Below, in pieces: positions 8,717 through 18,313 of a stretch of DNA of 64,000 nucleotides (position 1 is the stretch's first letter; each line of letters begins with the position of its first letter). Position numbers and translations under genes: made by a program. Where the stretch lies: contig CAZMHM010000001.1 in assembly GCA_964566135.1 (NCBI GenBank), positions 133,829-197,828 of the forward strand, in the 5' to 3' direction. The notes beneath the pieces are model-generated. The model ran no database searches and had not been told where the DNA came from. It worked only from the letters and a program-made list of their open reading frames with translations. This DNA comes from an uncultured Candidatus Saccharibacteria bacterium (GTDB lineage Bacteria > Patescibacteriota > Saccharimonadia > Saccharimonadales > CAIOMD01).

Positions 8717-10342
8717 ATGCCAAAAGTACTAATAGCTCTGTTAGGTGCGTTTATTGCGCTTTCGTGTGTAGTACTTTTTTATACCGTCAACCAGACGCTC
8801 GCAGTTTCAGGGCCTACACCCGTTTGTCCGACAGGGTTCTACACCATCATAAATAATAATACTTCTGCTACTACCACAACCGCTCAAACAGTAACAGGAA
8901 TAGCAAACGTTATGTTTGCTACAAGCACTAATAATGCATCAACTATTTCTCGGGTAGCAATTTTAGAAAACGGTACTCCAATAGGTATAGCAAAGCCTGC
9001 AAATAGCTCCTCCTGGACAATGCCATGGGCAACAGCGCTTTCGGCCAACGGTGCGCAAACCTTACAGTCACAAGTGTTTATGTCTAGTGGCGCATCTTGC
9101 GTAACAGCTCCATCACTGGTTAACATCCAAAATCCCGTTGGGGCTAATTTAGTAATCGTAACGCAACCCCCAAGTTGGACTGGCCCCTTAAGCTTCAGTA
9201 TCCCCATCACCAGCAATATTCGTGTGCAAGAGCTCAATTTTGATGTTACGCCGTATGCCATTTACGAATATAGTACGAGCATCGGAAGCATTACGCCGAA
9301 CGGGCCAAACGCACAATATTTTTCTGGCAACCAAACTGGGTCCGGCACAATAGCGATTCGTGCCATATATGGCGGAAAAACCATAAACGCTAAGATTCCC
9401 GTAACCGTCGCAAGTGCCACAGCACCGTTACCAGCACCTACGACTTCATCAAGCGGCTCAGGGAGCAATTCGTCAGGTACCGGTACATCCGGAAGCTCTA
9501 ATACACAAACAACTTCTGCAAGCACGCAACCAGCACCAACAACAGCTACGGGTACTTCGCAACTACAGCAAACAACTGTCGCGGCCCGAACAGCCGTACT
9601 CGCAAATAATACCTCAGCACAGGATTGTGCCGTTACAGCACTTGGAAAAGATCGGTTTGAGGCCATCAATAGTGGGAATGTACGCCCTAGTACCGAAGAA
9701 CTAAAAAAATTAAACGCATGTTTTGCTAGTAGCAACTTTATTCTGCCTTCAAACTTTGCTCCTGTTGCGCCCAATGCACTGAAATCCCTCGTCAGCAGTA
9801 ATGATCTAAAAATCGAAAAACTCACTAACGATAAAATTACGCTTAACAGTTCAAAAAAAGATGCCCTTAAAATTACCGGTAAGGCCAAACCAAACAGCGC
9901 TGTTATTCTATACGTTTTTTCCGAACCGCTAGTGCTCACTACTACTGCCGATGCAAATGGCAACTGGACGTATTCGCTGCAAGATCCTATCGAATCAGGC
10001 AAGCACGAAGTCTACGCCGTGGTAGACCGAGGCGATGGTACGTATCAAAAATCTGATCCCTTTAACTTTGTCATCGGTACTGCTCAGGCTGCCGCAGAAA
10101 ATCCAAATAAGTTAAGCCTTACACTTGCAGCCGAACCAACGCCTGTACAAACTAATCGCAGCCTTTTGCTATACATAGCTGGCGCCGTGCTCATAGTAAG
10201 CCTGGTTATCATTATCACGCTGGTTATCCTTATTCGCTCTCGCCGAAAACCTCCTACACCACCGGCAAATATGCTGCCACCCGATGCGCCAGCACCACCA
10301 ACAACTCCAACAATGTACATGCCGCAGAACCCGCAACAATAA
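8717..10342 (+). CDS. large surface protein with Ser/Thr-rich linker, C-terminal TM anchor and Pro-rich tail
   Basis: Start at ATG 8717 behind GGGGGA. N-terminal signal anchor. Low-complexity SSSGSGSNSSGTGTSGSS region. C-terminal TM followed by RSRRKPPTPP. Confidence 0.65.
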   Translation: MPKVLIALLGAFIALSCVVLFYTVNQTLAVSGPTPVCPTGFYTIINNNTSATTTTAQTVTGIANVMFATSTNNASTISRVAILENGTPIGIAKPANSSSWTMPWATALSANGAQTLQSQVFMSSGASCVTAPSLVNIQNPVGANLVIVTQPPSWTGPLSFSIPITSNIRVQELNFDVTPYAIYEYSTSIGSITPNGPNAQYFSGNQTGSGTIAIRAIYGGKTINAKIPVTVASATAPLPAPTTSSSGSGSNSSGTGTSGSSNTQTTSASTQPAPTTATGTSQLQQTTVAARTAVLANNTSAQDCAVTALGKDRFEAINSGNVRPSTEELKKLNACFASSNFILPSNFAPVAPNALKSLVSSNDLKIEKLTNDKITLNSSKKDALKITGKAKPNSAVILYVFSEPLVLTTTADANGNWTYSLQDPIESGKHEVYAVVDRGDGTYQKSDPFNFVIGTAQAAAENPNKLSLTLAAEPTPVQTNRSLLLYIAGAVLIVSLVIIITLVILIRSRRKPPTPPANMLPPDAPAPPTTPTMYMPQNPQQ

Positions 10343-10352
10343 GGAGTAAGCC

Positions 10353-11675
10353 GTGAGAAAAGAAAAACTCGAAATTATATATTCAATCGGCATTATTATT
10401 GCGATACCACTGCTTATCGTCGTAAACACGGTATATTTAGTCCGTTCAACGCGCAGCGCGTTTAACACCGAGCTTCGCAAAAAGGCTGATCTTGTTAATT
10501 CTGTTTTGGCGGATTCACTGCAATCAGACATTAATCAAAAGAACTATACACAGCTCACCACTCGCCTTAGTACGATTGAAAAAAATCAGCCCGACATTAC
10601 GCAAGCAACAATCATACAGCAACAAAACGGAACGCCAGTAATCATTGCACGGGCGCCCGACGCATCTAAAGAACTCAACGCTACATCAAGCGTGCAGACA
10701 AAGATTGTTTATGATCGTAAAGTTCCCGTTGCCAAACTTGTAAATGTAACGTCAGACGGCCAAACTCAGCAAGGCTGGAATGTTGCTACTCCTGTTCTTG
10801 ATGCAAACAACACTGTGCTCGCCGTAGTAAGTAGCACCGTACTCACAACCAATGCAGAGCAATCAATTAACACTGCCTTTACTCGATCATTCATCTTAAT
10901 GATAGTAAGCATCATTGTAATTATTGTGCTGCTATTCAGGCACTTCCGTCTCGTTGGTTACATTCAGCTACTCGCCAAGCAACGTGAAATCAATCAGACC
11001 ATGAGCGACTTTTTATCTGTAGCGACCCATGAGCTTAAGGCTCCAACGACGATTATTAAAGGCTATATTGCAAATGTAATGGACGGAACATCAGGGCCGG
11101 TTTCAAATGATATTAAAGAGCAGCTTCAGGTCGCACTTTCGCAAACCGATAGACTCAATAATTTGGTGCAAGATTTGCTTAATGTCAGCCGGGTAGAGCA
11201 AGGAAGAATTGAATACCATATAGAAAACGTCGACAGTACAAAAATAATCGACGTAATTGTGCATAATTATCGACCCATCGCTAGCCAAAAAGGCTTAGAA
11301 CTCATCTTTGAAGCCTCCACTTCGCCACTGTTTGTTCGTGCAGATGCTGGTCGCGTACAAGAAATCTTTACTAACCTTATCGATAACGCCATAAAATACA
11401 CACCATCGGGTAGCGTGACCATTACGCAGAAACTCGACGGCTCTAAGGTTAAAACCAGTATTCGCGATACTGGCCTTGGCATGAGCCCAGAAAATCGCAA
11501 GCGACTGTTCCAGCGCTTTTATCGTGTTAAGACAGAACAAACCAAAGATATTAGTGGCACCGGCCTCGGTTTGTGGATTATCAAACAGTATATAGAGGCA
11601 ATGGGTGGCACTATCGAAGTCAATAGTACCGAAGGCGACGGCTCGGAATTTATCGTTGTGCTACCAATAATGTAG
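10353..11675 (+). CDS. sensor histidine kinase (orphan; no adjacent response regulator)
   Basis: GTG start behind AAGGAG. HisKA H-box SVATHELKAPTT. HATPase N/G boxes DNAIKYTP and GTGLGLWIIKQYIEAMGG. Two TM helices flank an extracellular domain. Confidence 0.85.
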   Translation: MRKEKLEIIYSIGIIIAIPLLIVVNTVYLVRSTRSAFNTELRKKADLVNSVLADSLQSDINQKNYTQLTTRLSTIEKNQPDITQATIIQQQNGTPVIIARAPDASKELNATSSVQTKIVYDRKVPVAKLVNVTSDGQTQQGWNVATPVLDANNTVLAVVSSTVLTTNAEQSINTAFTRSFILMIVSIIVIIVLLFRHFRLVGYIQLLAKQREINQTMSDFLSVATHELKAPTTIIKGYIANVMDGTSGPVSNDIKEQLQVALSQTDRLNNLVQDLLNVSRVEQGRIEYHIENVDSTKIIDVIVHNYRPIASQKGLELIFEASTSPLFVRADAGRVQEIFTNLIDNAIKYTPSGSVTITQKLDGSKVKTSIRDTGLGMSPENRKRLFQRFYRVKTEQTKDISGTGLGLWIIKQYIEAMGGTIEVNSTEGDGSEFIVVLPIM

Positions 11676-11764
11676 TTGCGGGGCGTGTGGCGTGGTTATA
11701 CACTAGCTATTTGCAAACATAAAATTGTACCAGTGTTACACAATATCAAGTTACAATAGTAGCA

Positions 11765-14700
11765 ATGGATTTCGAGGCAAATTATAAACAGCTAAACGCT
11801 GCACAAAAGCAGGCGGTTGATACTATCGATGGCCCTGTGCTTGTTGTGGCGGGCCCTGGCACGGGTAAAACACAGCTACTAGCCCTCCGGGCGGCGAATA
11901 TCTTGCAAAAAACAGATACAGCCCCACAAAACATTCTGTGTTTAACCTATACCGAGGTCGGTGCGCGCAACATGCGCGAACGACTCACAAGACTTATTGG
12001 CCAGGCTGCATACGATATCCGTATTAGCACCTACCACGGTTTTGGTAGCGATATCATCCGCCAATATGGCGAATATTTTAATGAGTTCACAGCCGAGCAG
12101 CCAGTAGATAAACTTGGCCAAGACGCCATATTACAAGAGATTTTTACCAAGCTACCCGCCAGCAACCCATTATGGCGTGCAGATGTGTACCTAAAAGATG
12201 CCCTGGGCTTTATTAGCGAATGTAAACGCGCTTTACTAACTCCAGATGACATTCGCACCATAGCAAACAGTAACCAGGCATTCATAGATACTGCCAGCGA
12301 CATCACCAAAACAACAATCCCACAATTTGCACGCATGAACAAAGAAGTCGGCGGGGCATTTGTTACGCTGCTAGAAAAACTAAAACCACTTATCAGTAGC
12401 GAGACACTTCCCAGCACTATTCAGCCCTTGGCAAATTTGTGTGTACAAGATTTAGTGCTAGCAATTGAGTTTTTTGATGAAACCGGCAAAACTAACGAGC
12501 TCACAATATTTAAGAACAAATGGCTCGCCAAAAACGCCGACAACCAATGGGTACTAGCAGGCCAGCGCGATGTTAAAAAGATGTTGGGCGGGGCAGACAT
12601 TTACGAGATGTACCTGCAAGCGCTCACCGATAAAAAGCTGTTTGACTACGACGACATGATTACCCGTGCAATTAACGGGCTCGAGCAACACGATGAACTC
12701 CGCTACAGCCTACACGAGCAGTACTTATATGTCATGCTGGACGAATTCCAAGACACTAACCGAGCGCAGTTAAAGCTCGTAGAGCTACTTACCAATAACC
12801 CAGTCCAAGTGGGTCGCGCCAATATTTTAGCAGTGGGCGACGACGACCAAGCGATTTATAGCTTTCAGGGTGCCGAGCTCACTAACATGTTGCGTTTTAC
12901 CCAAATGTATAAAGATGTACAGGTCATAACGCTAACCGATAATTACCGTTCGCACAGTGATATTTTGCATACCGCCCACACCATTGCCGGCCAAATAGAA
13001 GAACGCCTCAGCGACACTCTTGGTACGGGCGAAAAGGTGTTAACCGCAAAAAATGCCAACCTGCCAAATGCAGTCGTTAGCCGTCAACAATTTAAGAGTG
13101 ATATTGCCCAGTTCGATTGGATAAGTGGCCAAATCGCCAAACTTATTACGCAGGGCACAAAGCCATCCGAAATAGCAGTACTCGCACCTAAACACCGCTA
13201 TATAGAACCACTAGTGCCATATCTACAAGCACGAGACATCCCCATACGGTATGACAAGCGCGAAAACGTGCTCGAAGACCAACATATCGTAGAGCTTTTA
13301 AACATGGCCCAGTTGGTGCTTGCTATAGCCAATAGCGAACATGCGCTTGCCGATAGTATTTGGCCAAGTGTGCTTAGTAGCAGTTACTGGCAATTGCCAA
13401 CCAGCACTATTTGGCAACTAAGCTGGCAGAGTTACGAAAACAAAGTTAAACGAATAGAAACGGGCCACTGGCAGGCATTAATGATGGCAGATGAAACACT
13501 CAAGCCAATTGGTCTGTTTTTTGCACGCTTATCGCAAATTGTTAATGCCGATACGCTCGAAACCATGTTCGATTACCTAGTAGGCGTGCAGCCCCTAGAG
13601 CTCAACGAGCCAGATCTACCAACGTACACATCACCATATTACGACTATTACTTTGGCCAAAAAGCCCGCACCACATCGCCACAAAGTTTTGCGCAGGTAC
13701 TCAGCAACCTTACGGTGTTACGCCAACATGTGCGAGAATACCGCCGTGATGCCGACAGGCCACTAGTACTACAAGACCTTATAGATTTCGTAGCCGATTA
13801 TCGCAATGCAGACGAAAAGCTGTTAAATACCAGCCCGTACCACAGCGCCGATAACGCTGTGCAACTTATGACCGCGTATGGATCTAAAGGCTTAGAGTTC
13901 GATGTTGTATTTGTGCTTGCCGTGCAAGACGAGGTATGGGGAATGAAGGCCCGCGGCAAAAACAATATTATTACCTTGCCGCCAAACCTAGCAATTATCC
14001 GCAATGCTGGCAGTACTAAAGACGAAAAAAAGCGCTTGTTTTACGTTGCCATTACCCGCGCGAAACACAGCTTGTATTTAACAAGTTACAGCCAAAATTA
14101 CAGCGGTAAAGCTACCGAAGCACTCGAGTTCTTAAACGAATCAGATGGCAAAGCTATGGCGTTACCAAGCCACGCACAAACCGTACAGTCTAACGATAGT
14201 GACGTACCAGCCATAGAGGCTTTGCAACACTTTTGGACCACGCGACACGCCGAGGGTGCCCATACTGCCAGCTTGCGCGATTTAGTGCTGCCACGGCTCG
14301 AAACATTCCAGCTGAGCGCCACACACGTAAACACCTTTACCGATCTTATATACGGCGGGCCCGAGGCATTCTTTATTAATACCGTACTAAAGTTCCCTAA
14401 AGCGCCTACCGCCGATGGCCAATATGGTAATGCCATCCACGAAACGCTAGAGGCTATGCAACATGCCCTACGGCGCAATGGCGAGCTACCCGATGTAGAC
14501 GAAGCAATTGCCTTATTTACCGAAAAGCTTAAAAACAAGCGCCTAAGCGAGGCCGAATTTACACGCCACCAACAGCGTGGCGCGTTAGCACTGGCAGAAT
14601 TCATTCCGCAGTGGTGGCATAACTTTACTCCAACTGCCCATAGCGAGTTTGATTTTAGGCAAGAGGGCAGTTTTGTAGGCGACGCACACCTCAGTGGTAA

Positions 14701-15097
14701 ATTAGACCAATTATTAGCAGACGCCGATACCAAAGAAATACGGGTTGTAGACTTTAAAACCGGTAAAAGCCACGCTCGCTGGACGCGTGAAGTCAAAATG
14801 CATAAATATAAGCAGCAGCTACTGTTTTATAAGCTGCTGGTAGAATCAAGCCATAGTTTTAAGGGTTTTGAGGTTACCGAAGCACAGCTAACCTTTGTAG
14901 AACCAGACGATAACGGCGTCATCCAAGACTTAAAGATTGATTACGCAAAAGAAGATTTACATAGGGCTAAAAAGCTCATAGTTGCCATATGGCATCGCAT
15001 TAAAACACTCGATTTACCAGATGTAAGTGGCTATAGTGCCGACCTAAAAGGTATCGAAGAGTTCGAGGATTGGCTCATAGAAAACGACACAAAGTAA
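11765..15097 (+). CDS. UvrD/PcrA-family helicase fused to a C-terminal PD-(D/E)XK (RecB/AddA-like) nuclease
   Basis: Walker A AGPGTGKT, DEFQDTN, VGDDDQAIYSFQGA, NYRS, GSKGLEFDVVFV, YVAITRAK. C-terminus GKLDQL...VVDFKTGK...QQLLFY. Confidence 0.85.
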   Translation: MDFEANYKQLNAAQKQAVDTIDGPVLVVAGPGTGKTQLLALRAANILQKTDTAPQNILCLTYTEVGARNMRERLTRLIGQAAYDIRISTYHGFGSDIIRQYGEYFNEFTAEQPVDKLGQDAILQEIFTKLPASNPLWRADVYLKDALGFISECKRALLTPDDIRTIANSNQAFIDTASDITKTTIPQFARMNKEVGGAFVTLLEKLKPLISSETLPSTIQPLANLCVQDLVLAIEFFDETGKTNELTIFKNKWLAKNADNQWVLAGQRDVKKMLGGADIYEMYLQALTDKKLFDYDDMITRAINGLEQHDELRYSLHEQYLYVMLDEFQDTNRAQLKLVELLTNNPVQVGRANILAVGDDDQAIYSFQGAELTNMLRFTQMYKDVQVITLTDNYRSHSDILHTAHTIAGQIEERLSDTLGTGEKVLTAKNANLPNAVVSRQQFKSDIAQFDWISGQIAKLITQGTKPSEIAVLAPKHRYIEPLVPYLQARDIPIRYDKRENVLEDQHIVELLNMAQLVLAIANSEHALADSIWPSVLSSSYWQLPTSTIWQLSWQSYENKVKRIETGHWQALMMADETLKPIGLFFARLSQIVNADTLETMFDYLVGVQPLELNEPDLPTYTSPYYDYYFGQKARTTSPQSFAQVLSNLTVLRQHVREYRRDADRPLVLQDLIDFVADYRNADEKLLNTSPYHSADNAVQLMTAYGSKGLEFDVVFVLAVQDEVWGMKARGKNNIITLPPNLAIIRNAGSTKDEKKRLFYVAITRAKHSLYLTSYSQNYSGKATEALEFLNESDGKAMALPSHAQTVQSNDSDVPAIEALQHFWTTRHAEGAHTASLRDLVLPRLETFQLSATHVNTFTDLIYGGPEAFFINTVLKFPKAPTADGQYGNAIHETLEAMQHALRRNGELPDVDEAIALFTEKLKNKRLSEAEFTRHQQRGALALAEFIPQWWHNFTPTAHSEFDFRQEGSFVGDAHLSGKLDQLLADADTKEIRVVDFKTGKSHARWTREVKMHKYKQQLLFYKLLVESSHSFKGFEVTEAQLTFVEPDDNGVIQDLKIDYAKEDLHRAKKLIVAIWHRIKTLDLPDVSGYSADLKGIEEFEDWLIENDTK

Positions 15098-15122
15098 GTA
15101 AAAAATGGCATACTAAGTACTA

Positions 15123-16208
15123 ATGAGGGTGAAGTTTTTACGAAAACAAACATTGTTACGGTGGCTACCAGTGCTTATCGTGATAGTGGGCGTGCTGATG
15201 GCCGGTGGTATTTTACTCATCCCAAAACAATCCCACGAACTAGTAGTTACAAATATCAAGACCTGCCTAAAAGGTACCGATTTTAGCTGCTATGCAAGCT
15301 ATTATGCTGCTAAAACTAAAGCAACCGACCCAGTGACGGCGTTGGGTGATTTAAAAGCTCTCGGCGAAAAGAATGTATACGTAAAAGGGCAATGCCATCA
15401 ATTTGCACACGTTATTGGCCACGAAGGCTACGCAAAATATGGCACGCTAGCAAAAGCCTATACTCACGGTGATAGCTACTGTTGGTCGGGGTATTATCAC
15501 GGTGTTACCGAATCTGCTGTTGGGGCGCTCGGAGCCGACAAAATCAAGGCAGAGGCCAACACTATTTGCGCCGCCCTCGCCAGCGCAGAGCAGTATTCGT
15601 TTGACCACTTTAACTGTGTGCACGGCTTAGGCCACGGCTTTATGACGGTTGATAATTTTAAGCTGTTTGATGCGCTCAAAAGCTGCGATATATTAAACGA
15701 CCAATGGGAAAAGACGTCGTGTTACGGCGGGGTATTTATGGAAAACGTAATGGTGGCTGTCCGTGGTGATGGTAGTAGTGAATATTTACGCGCTAGCGAA
15801 CCAATGTATCCGTGTACCGCTGTTGATACACCATATAAACAGCAATGTTATCTTATGCAAACCTCTTACGCCCTGCAGCAAAACGGCTATAATTTTGCCG
15901 ATGTTGCCAAGCAGTGCCAAACTATCCCCGACACCGATTTTATAGCTACCTGTTACCAAAGTATGGGGCGCGATGCCAGTGGTAGTACTAATAGTGATAT
16001 CGCTAAAACCAAAGATCACTGCCAGGCCGCACAAGATGAAACCGGCATGCAAAACTGCGTACTTGGCGCGGTGCGCGATATTATTTCGTATTTCCATGAC
16101 GATACACAGGCTAAACTATTCTGTACGCAGTACGGTGCAACCCTACGTGACATCTGCTTAACAGAGACTAAAAGCTACTATGCAACCTTTACCCCCAGGG
16201 AATCATAA
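15123..16208 (+). CDS. membrane-anchored Cys/His-rich repeat protein, hypothetical
   Basis: N-terminal TM. Recurring modules CHQFAHVIGHEGY, CVHGLGHGFM, CYGGVFMENV, CYLMQTSY, CYQSMGRD, CVLGAVRD. Confidence 0.6.
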   Translation: MRVKFLRKQTLLRWLPVLIVIVGVLMAGGILLIPKQSHELVVTNIKTCLKGTDFSCYASYYAAKTKATDPVTALGDLKALGEKNVYVKGQCHQFAHVIGHEGYAKYGTLAKAYTHGDSYCWSGYYHGVTESAVGALGADKIKAEANTICAALASAEQYSFDHFNCVHGLGHGFMTVDNFKLFDALKSCDILNDQWEKTSCYGGVFMENVMVAVRGDGSSEYLRASEPMYPCTAVDTPYKQQCYLMQTSYALQQNGYNFADVAKQCQTIPDTDFIATCYQSMGRDASGSTNSDIAKTKDHCQAAQDETGMQNCVLGAVRDIISYFHDDTQAKLFCTQYGATLRDICLTETKSYYATFTPRES

Positions 16209-16210
16209 TT

Positions 16211-16561
16211 ATGTATAAACACTACAAACTCTACCTTATCGCTAGCATCATAGTAGCTATTTGCATGGTGGCCGGCGCTAGCTATTACAAATTTGGCCAT
16301 AGCCAAGCAGATACGCACGATTTAGCCGTGTACGATGCCAAACAGCTTGCCGTATACAACGGTAAAAACAACGCCCCTTGTTATGTTGCAATAGATAAGA
16401 CCGTGTACAGCGTAAAACAGGGCGATTTATGGAAAGAGGGCGAACACACCACATCTAACCAGCAAGCCTATTGCGGGCGTAATTTAACAGATGTAATTGG
16501 CAAATCTCCGCATGGCCGCTCTAAACTTGCCACGCTTACCATCGTGGGTACGTACAAATAA
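16211..16561 (+). CDS. membrane-anchored cytochrome b5-like heme/steroid-binding domain protein (COG4892-like)
   Basis: Starts 2 nt after the previous stop. Pattern L..YNGKN..P.YVA....VY.V......W..GEH....G..LT......PHG. Confidence 0.65.
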   Translation: MYKHYKLYLIASIIVAICMVAGASYYKFGHSQADTHDLAVYDAKQLAVYNGKNNAPCYVAIDKTVYSVKQGDLWKEGEHTTSNQQAYCGRNLTDVIGKSPHGRSKLATLTIVGTYK

Positions 16562-16625
16562 TTGTTTTGTAAAATATTTATTGCTGTATTACAATTTCAT
16601 TAGCACGCAAAAACAAAAACAAAAA

Positions 16626-17189
16626 ATGAAGCGAAAAACAGTAAATAGTAGATATATTCGTGCACACCGTTTAATATTGGTGTCGCTTGGCATGCTCTTT
16701 GTCAGCGGTATCGTAGCCGGTGCGTTTTTGTTTACGAACCAAAAAGGCTCAATGCCTACTGCTTATGCTGCACCCGCTGTCATTCAGCCGCAAAACGCCA
16801 CATCTGTTGCTGCACATGGCCCAGTTGATCCAAATGCATTTAGCATTAAAAATGTTACCCTACAGGGCACATCGTGGTCTTGTATAAGTGGCAAAATGGT
16901 CATGCATATAGAAACCGCAACGGTTAACGCGGCATCTAAGCTTGGTGGCACCTATACGTGGCGCATCGAAAAGCAAAACGCACAAGAATCATACACATCA
17001 AGCGAACGTACCGTTACTATGCGCACCAACGAAACATCTAGCGTTCTTGGCGCAGATGAAGAATCCGGCTACTTTTACTCAGCACTCGACGCCAAGCCAG
17101 GCGAAATTGTACGCGTACATGTTACCAGCCCCAACAGCACCTATTCTGCCGCATTCGGCATTCCCGATAGCGCCACCTGCCCACAGTAA
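16626..17189 (+). CDS. secreted hypothetical protein; paralogue of 20510-21163 (shared C-terminal two-Cys domain)
   Basis: Start moved to MKRKTVN (ATG 16626), followed by a TM/signal segment. The C-terminal roughly 115 aa align with 20510-21163 (GG..TW, GY.Y....AK.G..[VI]RV...SPN..YS....IP.....C). Confidence 0.6.
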   Translation: MKRKTVNSRYIRAHRLILVSLGMLFVSGIVAGAFLFTNQKGSMPTAYAAPAVIQPQNATSVAAHGPVDPNAFSIKNVTLQGTSWSCISGKMVMHIETATVNAASKLGGTYTWRIEKQNAQESYTSSERTVTMRTNETSSVLGADEESGYFYSALDAKPGEIVRVHVTSPNSTYSAAFGIPDSATCPQ

Positions 17190-17232
17190 TCAAGTATTGA
17201 CAATTTAACACTTCAATAGTTTAATACTTTTT

Positions 17233-17613
17233 ATGATTGAAGTTTTAGACTACAGCGCGACCGAAACACAGGTCACACCCGATATCCGTGCACTAAGTAT
17301 ATTTGCAAACCAGCCCCAAGGGCTTTTAACGATTAGCCGTATCGCAGCCGTAATCTACGGCGGTACTAACAAGGCACAGCTCGTAGAGCTTGTTAATGCG
17401 GTATTAGATATAGAAACACCGCAAACGCCAGCTATCGATATCCTTAAACTTGGCGAAGTGCTAGAGCGCGTAGAATCATTTGCACATGCTTCTGGCGGGC
17501 TTGTTTTGGCAAGCTTTCAAGATGATGCGCCTACCGAACTTGTAACCAAGCTCGATCCATACGTGGTTGCCGGCGGTAGCACCTCAACCGAAAACATCGG
17601 TTTTTACTTGTAA
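17233..17613 (+). CDS. hypothetical protein
   Basis: 126-aa ORF of native composition. No motif recognised. Confidence 0.5.
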   Translation: MIEVLDYSATETQVTPDIRALSIFANQPQGLLTISRIAAVIYGGTNKAQLVELVNAVLDIETPQTPAIDILKLGEVLERVESFAHASGGLVLASFQDDAPTELVTKLDPYVVAGGSTSTENIGFYL

Positions 17614-17635
17614 CACTAACACCATAAATGGTTGC

Positions 17636-17666
17636 GGCCCCGCCCGATGATGTATCGGGCGGGGCC
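17636..17666. terminator. 13-bp perfect GC hairpin between convergent genes (islet A 3' end)
   Basis: GGCCCCGCCCGAT-gatgt-ATCGGGCGGGGCC. No clean U-tract on the minus strand. TTGTGGTTG follows on the plus strand. Confidence 0.6.
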
Positions 17667-17687
17667 TTGTGGTTGGGGGGTGGTGGG

Positions 17688-18251
17688 CTAGGCGTTGACG
17701 ACGATGACCGTCGTTCCGACCTCTGCCCACTTGTACAGCGCGGCTGCCTGTGCGAGACTCTTGAGTCCCACGCAGCCGTGGCTGTACCGGTAGCCGGCGG
17801 CGTACTCCGAGCTGTAGTGGATGCCCTGACCGCCGCTGAACGGCATGAAGTAGGGCATCTTGACGTGGTACAGGGTGCTGACCTTGCTCACGTACTTAGC
17901 GAAGATCCGATAGATCCCACGCCTGGTAGGCCAAGGGCCCGTACCATCGCTTGCGCGGTGGATACCCTCGGCACCATGACGTGCCGCCATCTTCATGATG
18001 GGCTTGTGGTTCTGCAGGGCAACCAGCTGCCACGACTTGATGCCGACGCAGATGACCTTGCCGTGCTTGCCGTTGTAGTTCCGGCACACGCTGGGAACCC
18101 AGCTGGGCATGGTCACTGCACTTGCTGTCGCCTTGACGGCGGTCGTAGTGCGCTGCGGGGAAACAGACGCACCGTTAGCGGGGAGGGCAACGAGCATAAG
18201 GCTCGCCACCAGTAGTGGCGCTATCGCCACCCACTTATGCCTCATCATCAT
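17688..18251 (-). CDS. secreted L,D-transpeptidase (YkuD domain), in GC-rich islet A
   Basis: Signal peptide MMMRHKWVAIAPLLVASLMLVALPANG. Catalytic motif SHGCVGL. Strong G/C at third codon positions. RBS GGAAGGA. Confidence 0.8.
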   Translation of the reverse strand: MMMRHKWVAIAPLLVASLMLVALPANGASVSPQRTTTAVKATASAVTMPSWVPSVCRNYNGKHGKVICVGIKSWQLVALQNHKPIMKMAARHGAEGIHRASDGTGPWPTRRGIYRIFAKYVSKVSTLYHVKMPYFMPFSGGQGIHYSSEYAAGYRYSHGCVGLKSLAQAAALYKWAEVGTTVIVVNA

Positions 18252-18284
18252 ATCCTTCCGGGTAGTTGACGTTTAGGCTAAATT

Positions 18285-18313
18285 ATTATACTGCTTAGAC
18301 TCAATTTATCAAA
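18285..18313 (-). promoter_or_regulatory. sigma70-like promoter for the islet A gene
   Basis: Minus strand TTTGAT-N17-TATAAT in AT-rich DNA directly upstream of the GC-rich ORF. Confidence 0.45.

Noticed and set aside
9262-10002. Long antisense ORFs inside large genes (9262-10002, 12031-12417, 14098-14796, 24406-24864, 43537-43986, 48299-48877, 61732-62166 and others).
   Set aside because: They lie opposite strongly supported, motif-bearing CDSs. They have no RBS and low-complexity translations.
17628-18215. 195-aa plus-strand ORF antisense to the L,D-transpeptidase. Similar large overlapping ORFs occur in every GC-rich islet (30322-30594, 30363-30719, 30404-30616, 33368-33748, 33568-33759, 33821-34204, 33838-34437, 34208-34429, 38682-38942, 38893-39204, 55943-56269, 56650-57069).
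   Set aside because: High-GC DNA is poor in stop codons, so all frames stay open. These ORFs lack an RBS and terminator, have no GC3 bias in their own frame and give low-complexity Arg/Ala/Gly/Pro-rich translations. In each islet one frame has an RBS, strong GC3 and a downstream hairpin.
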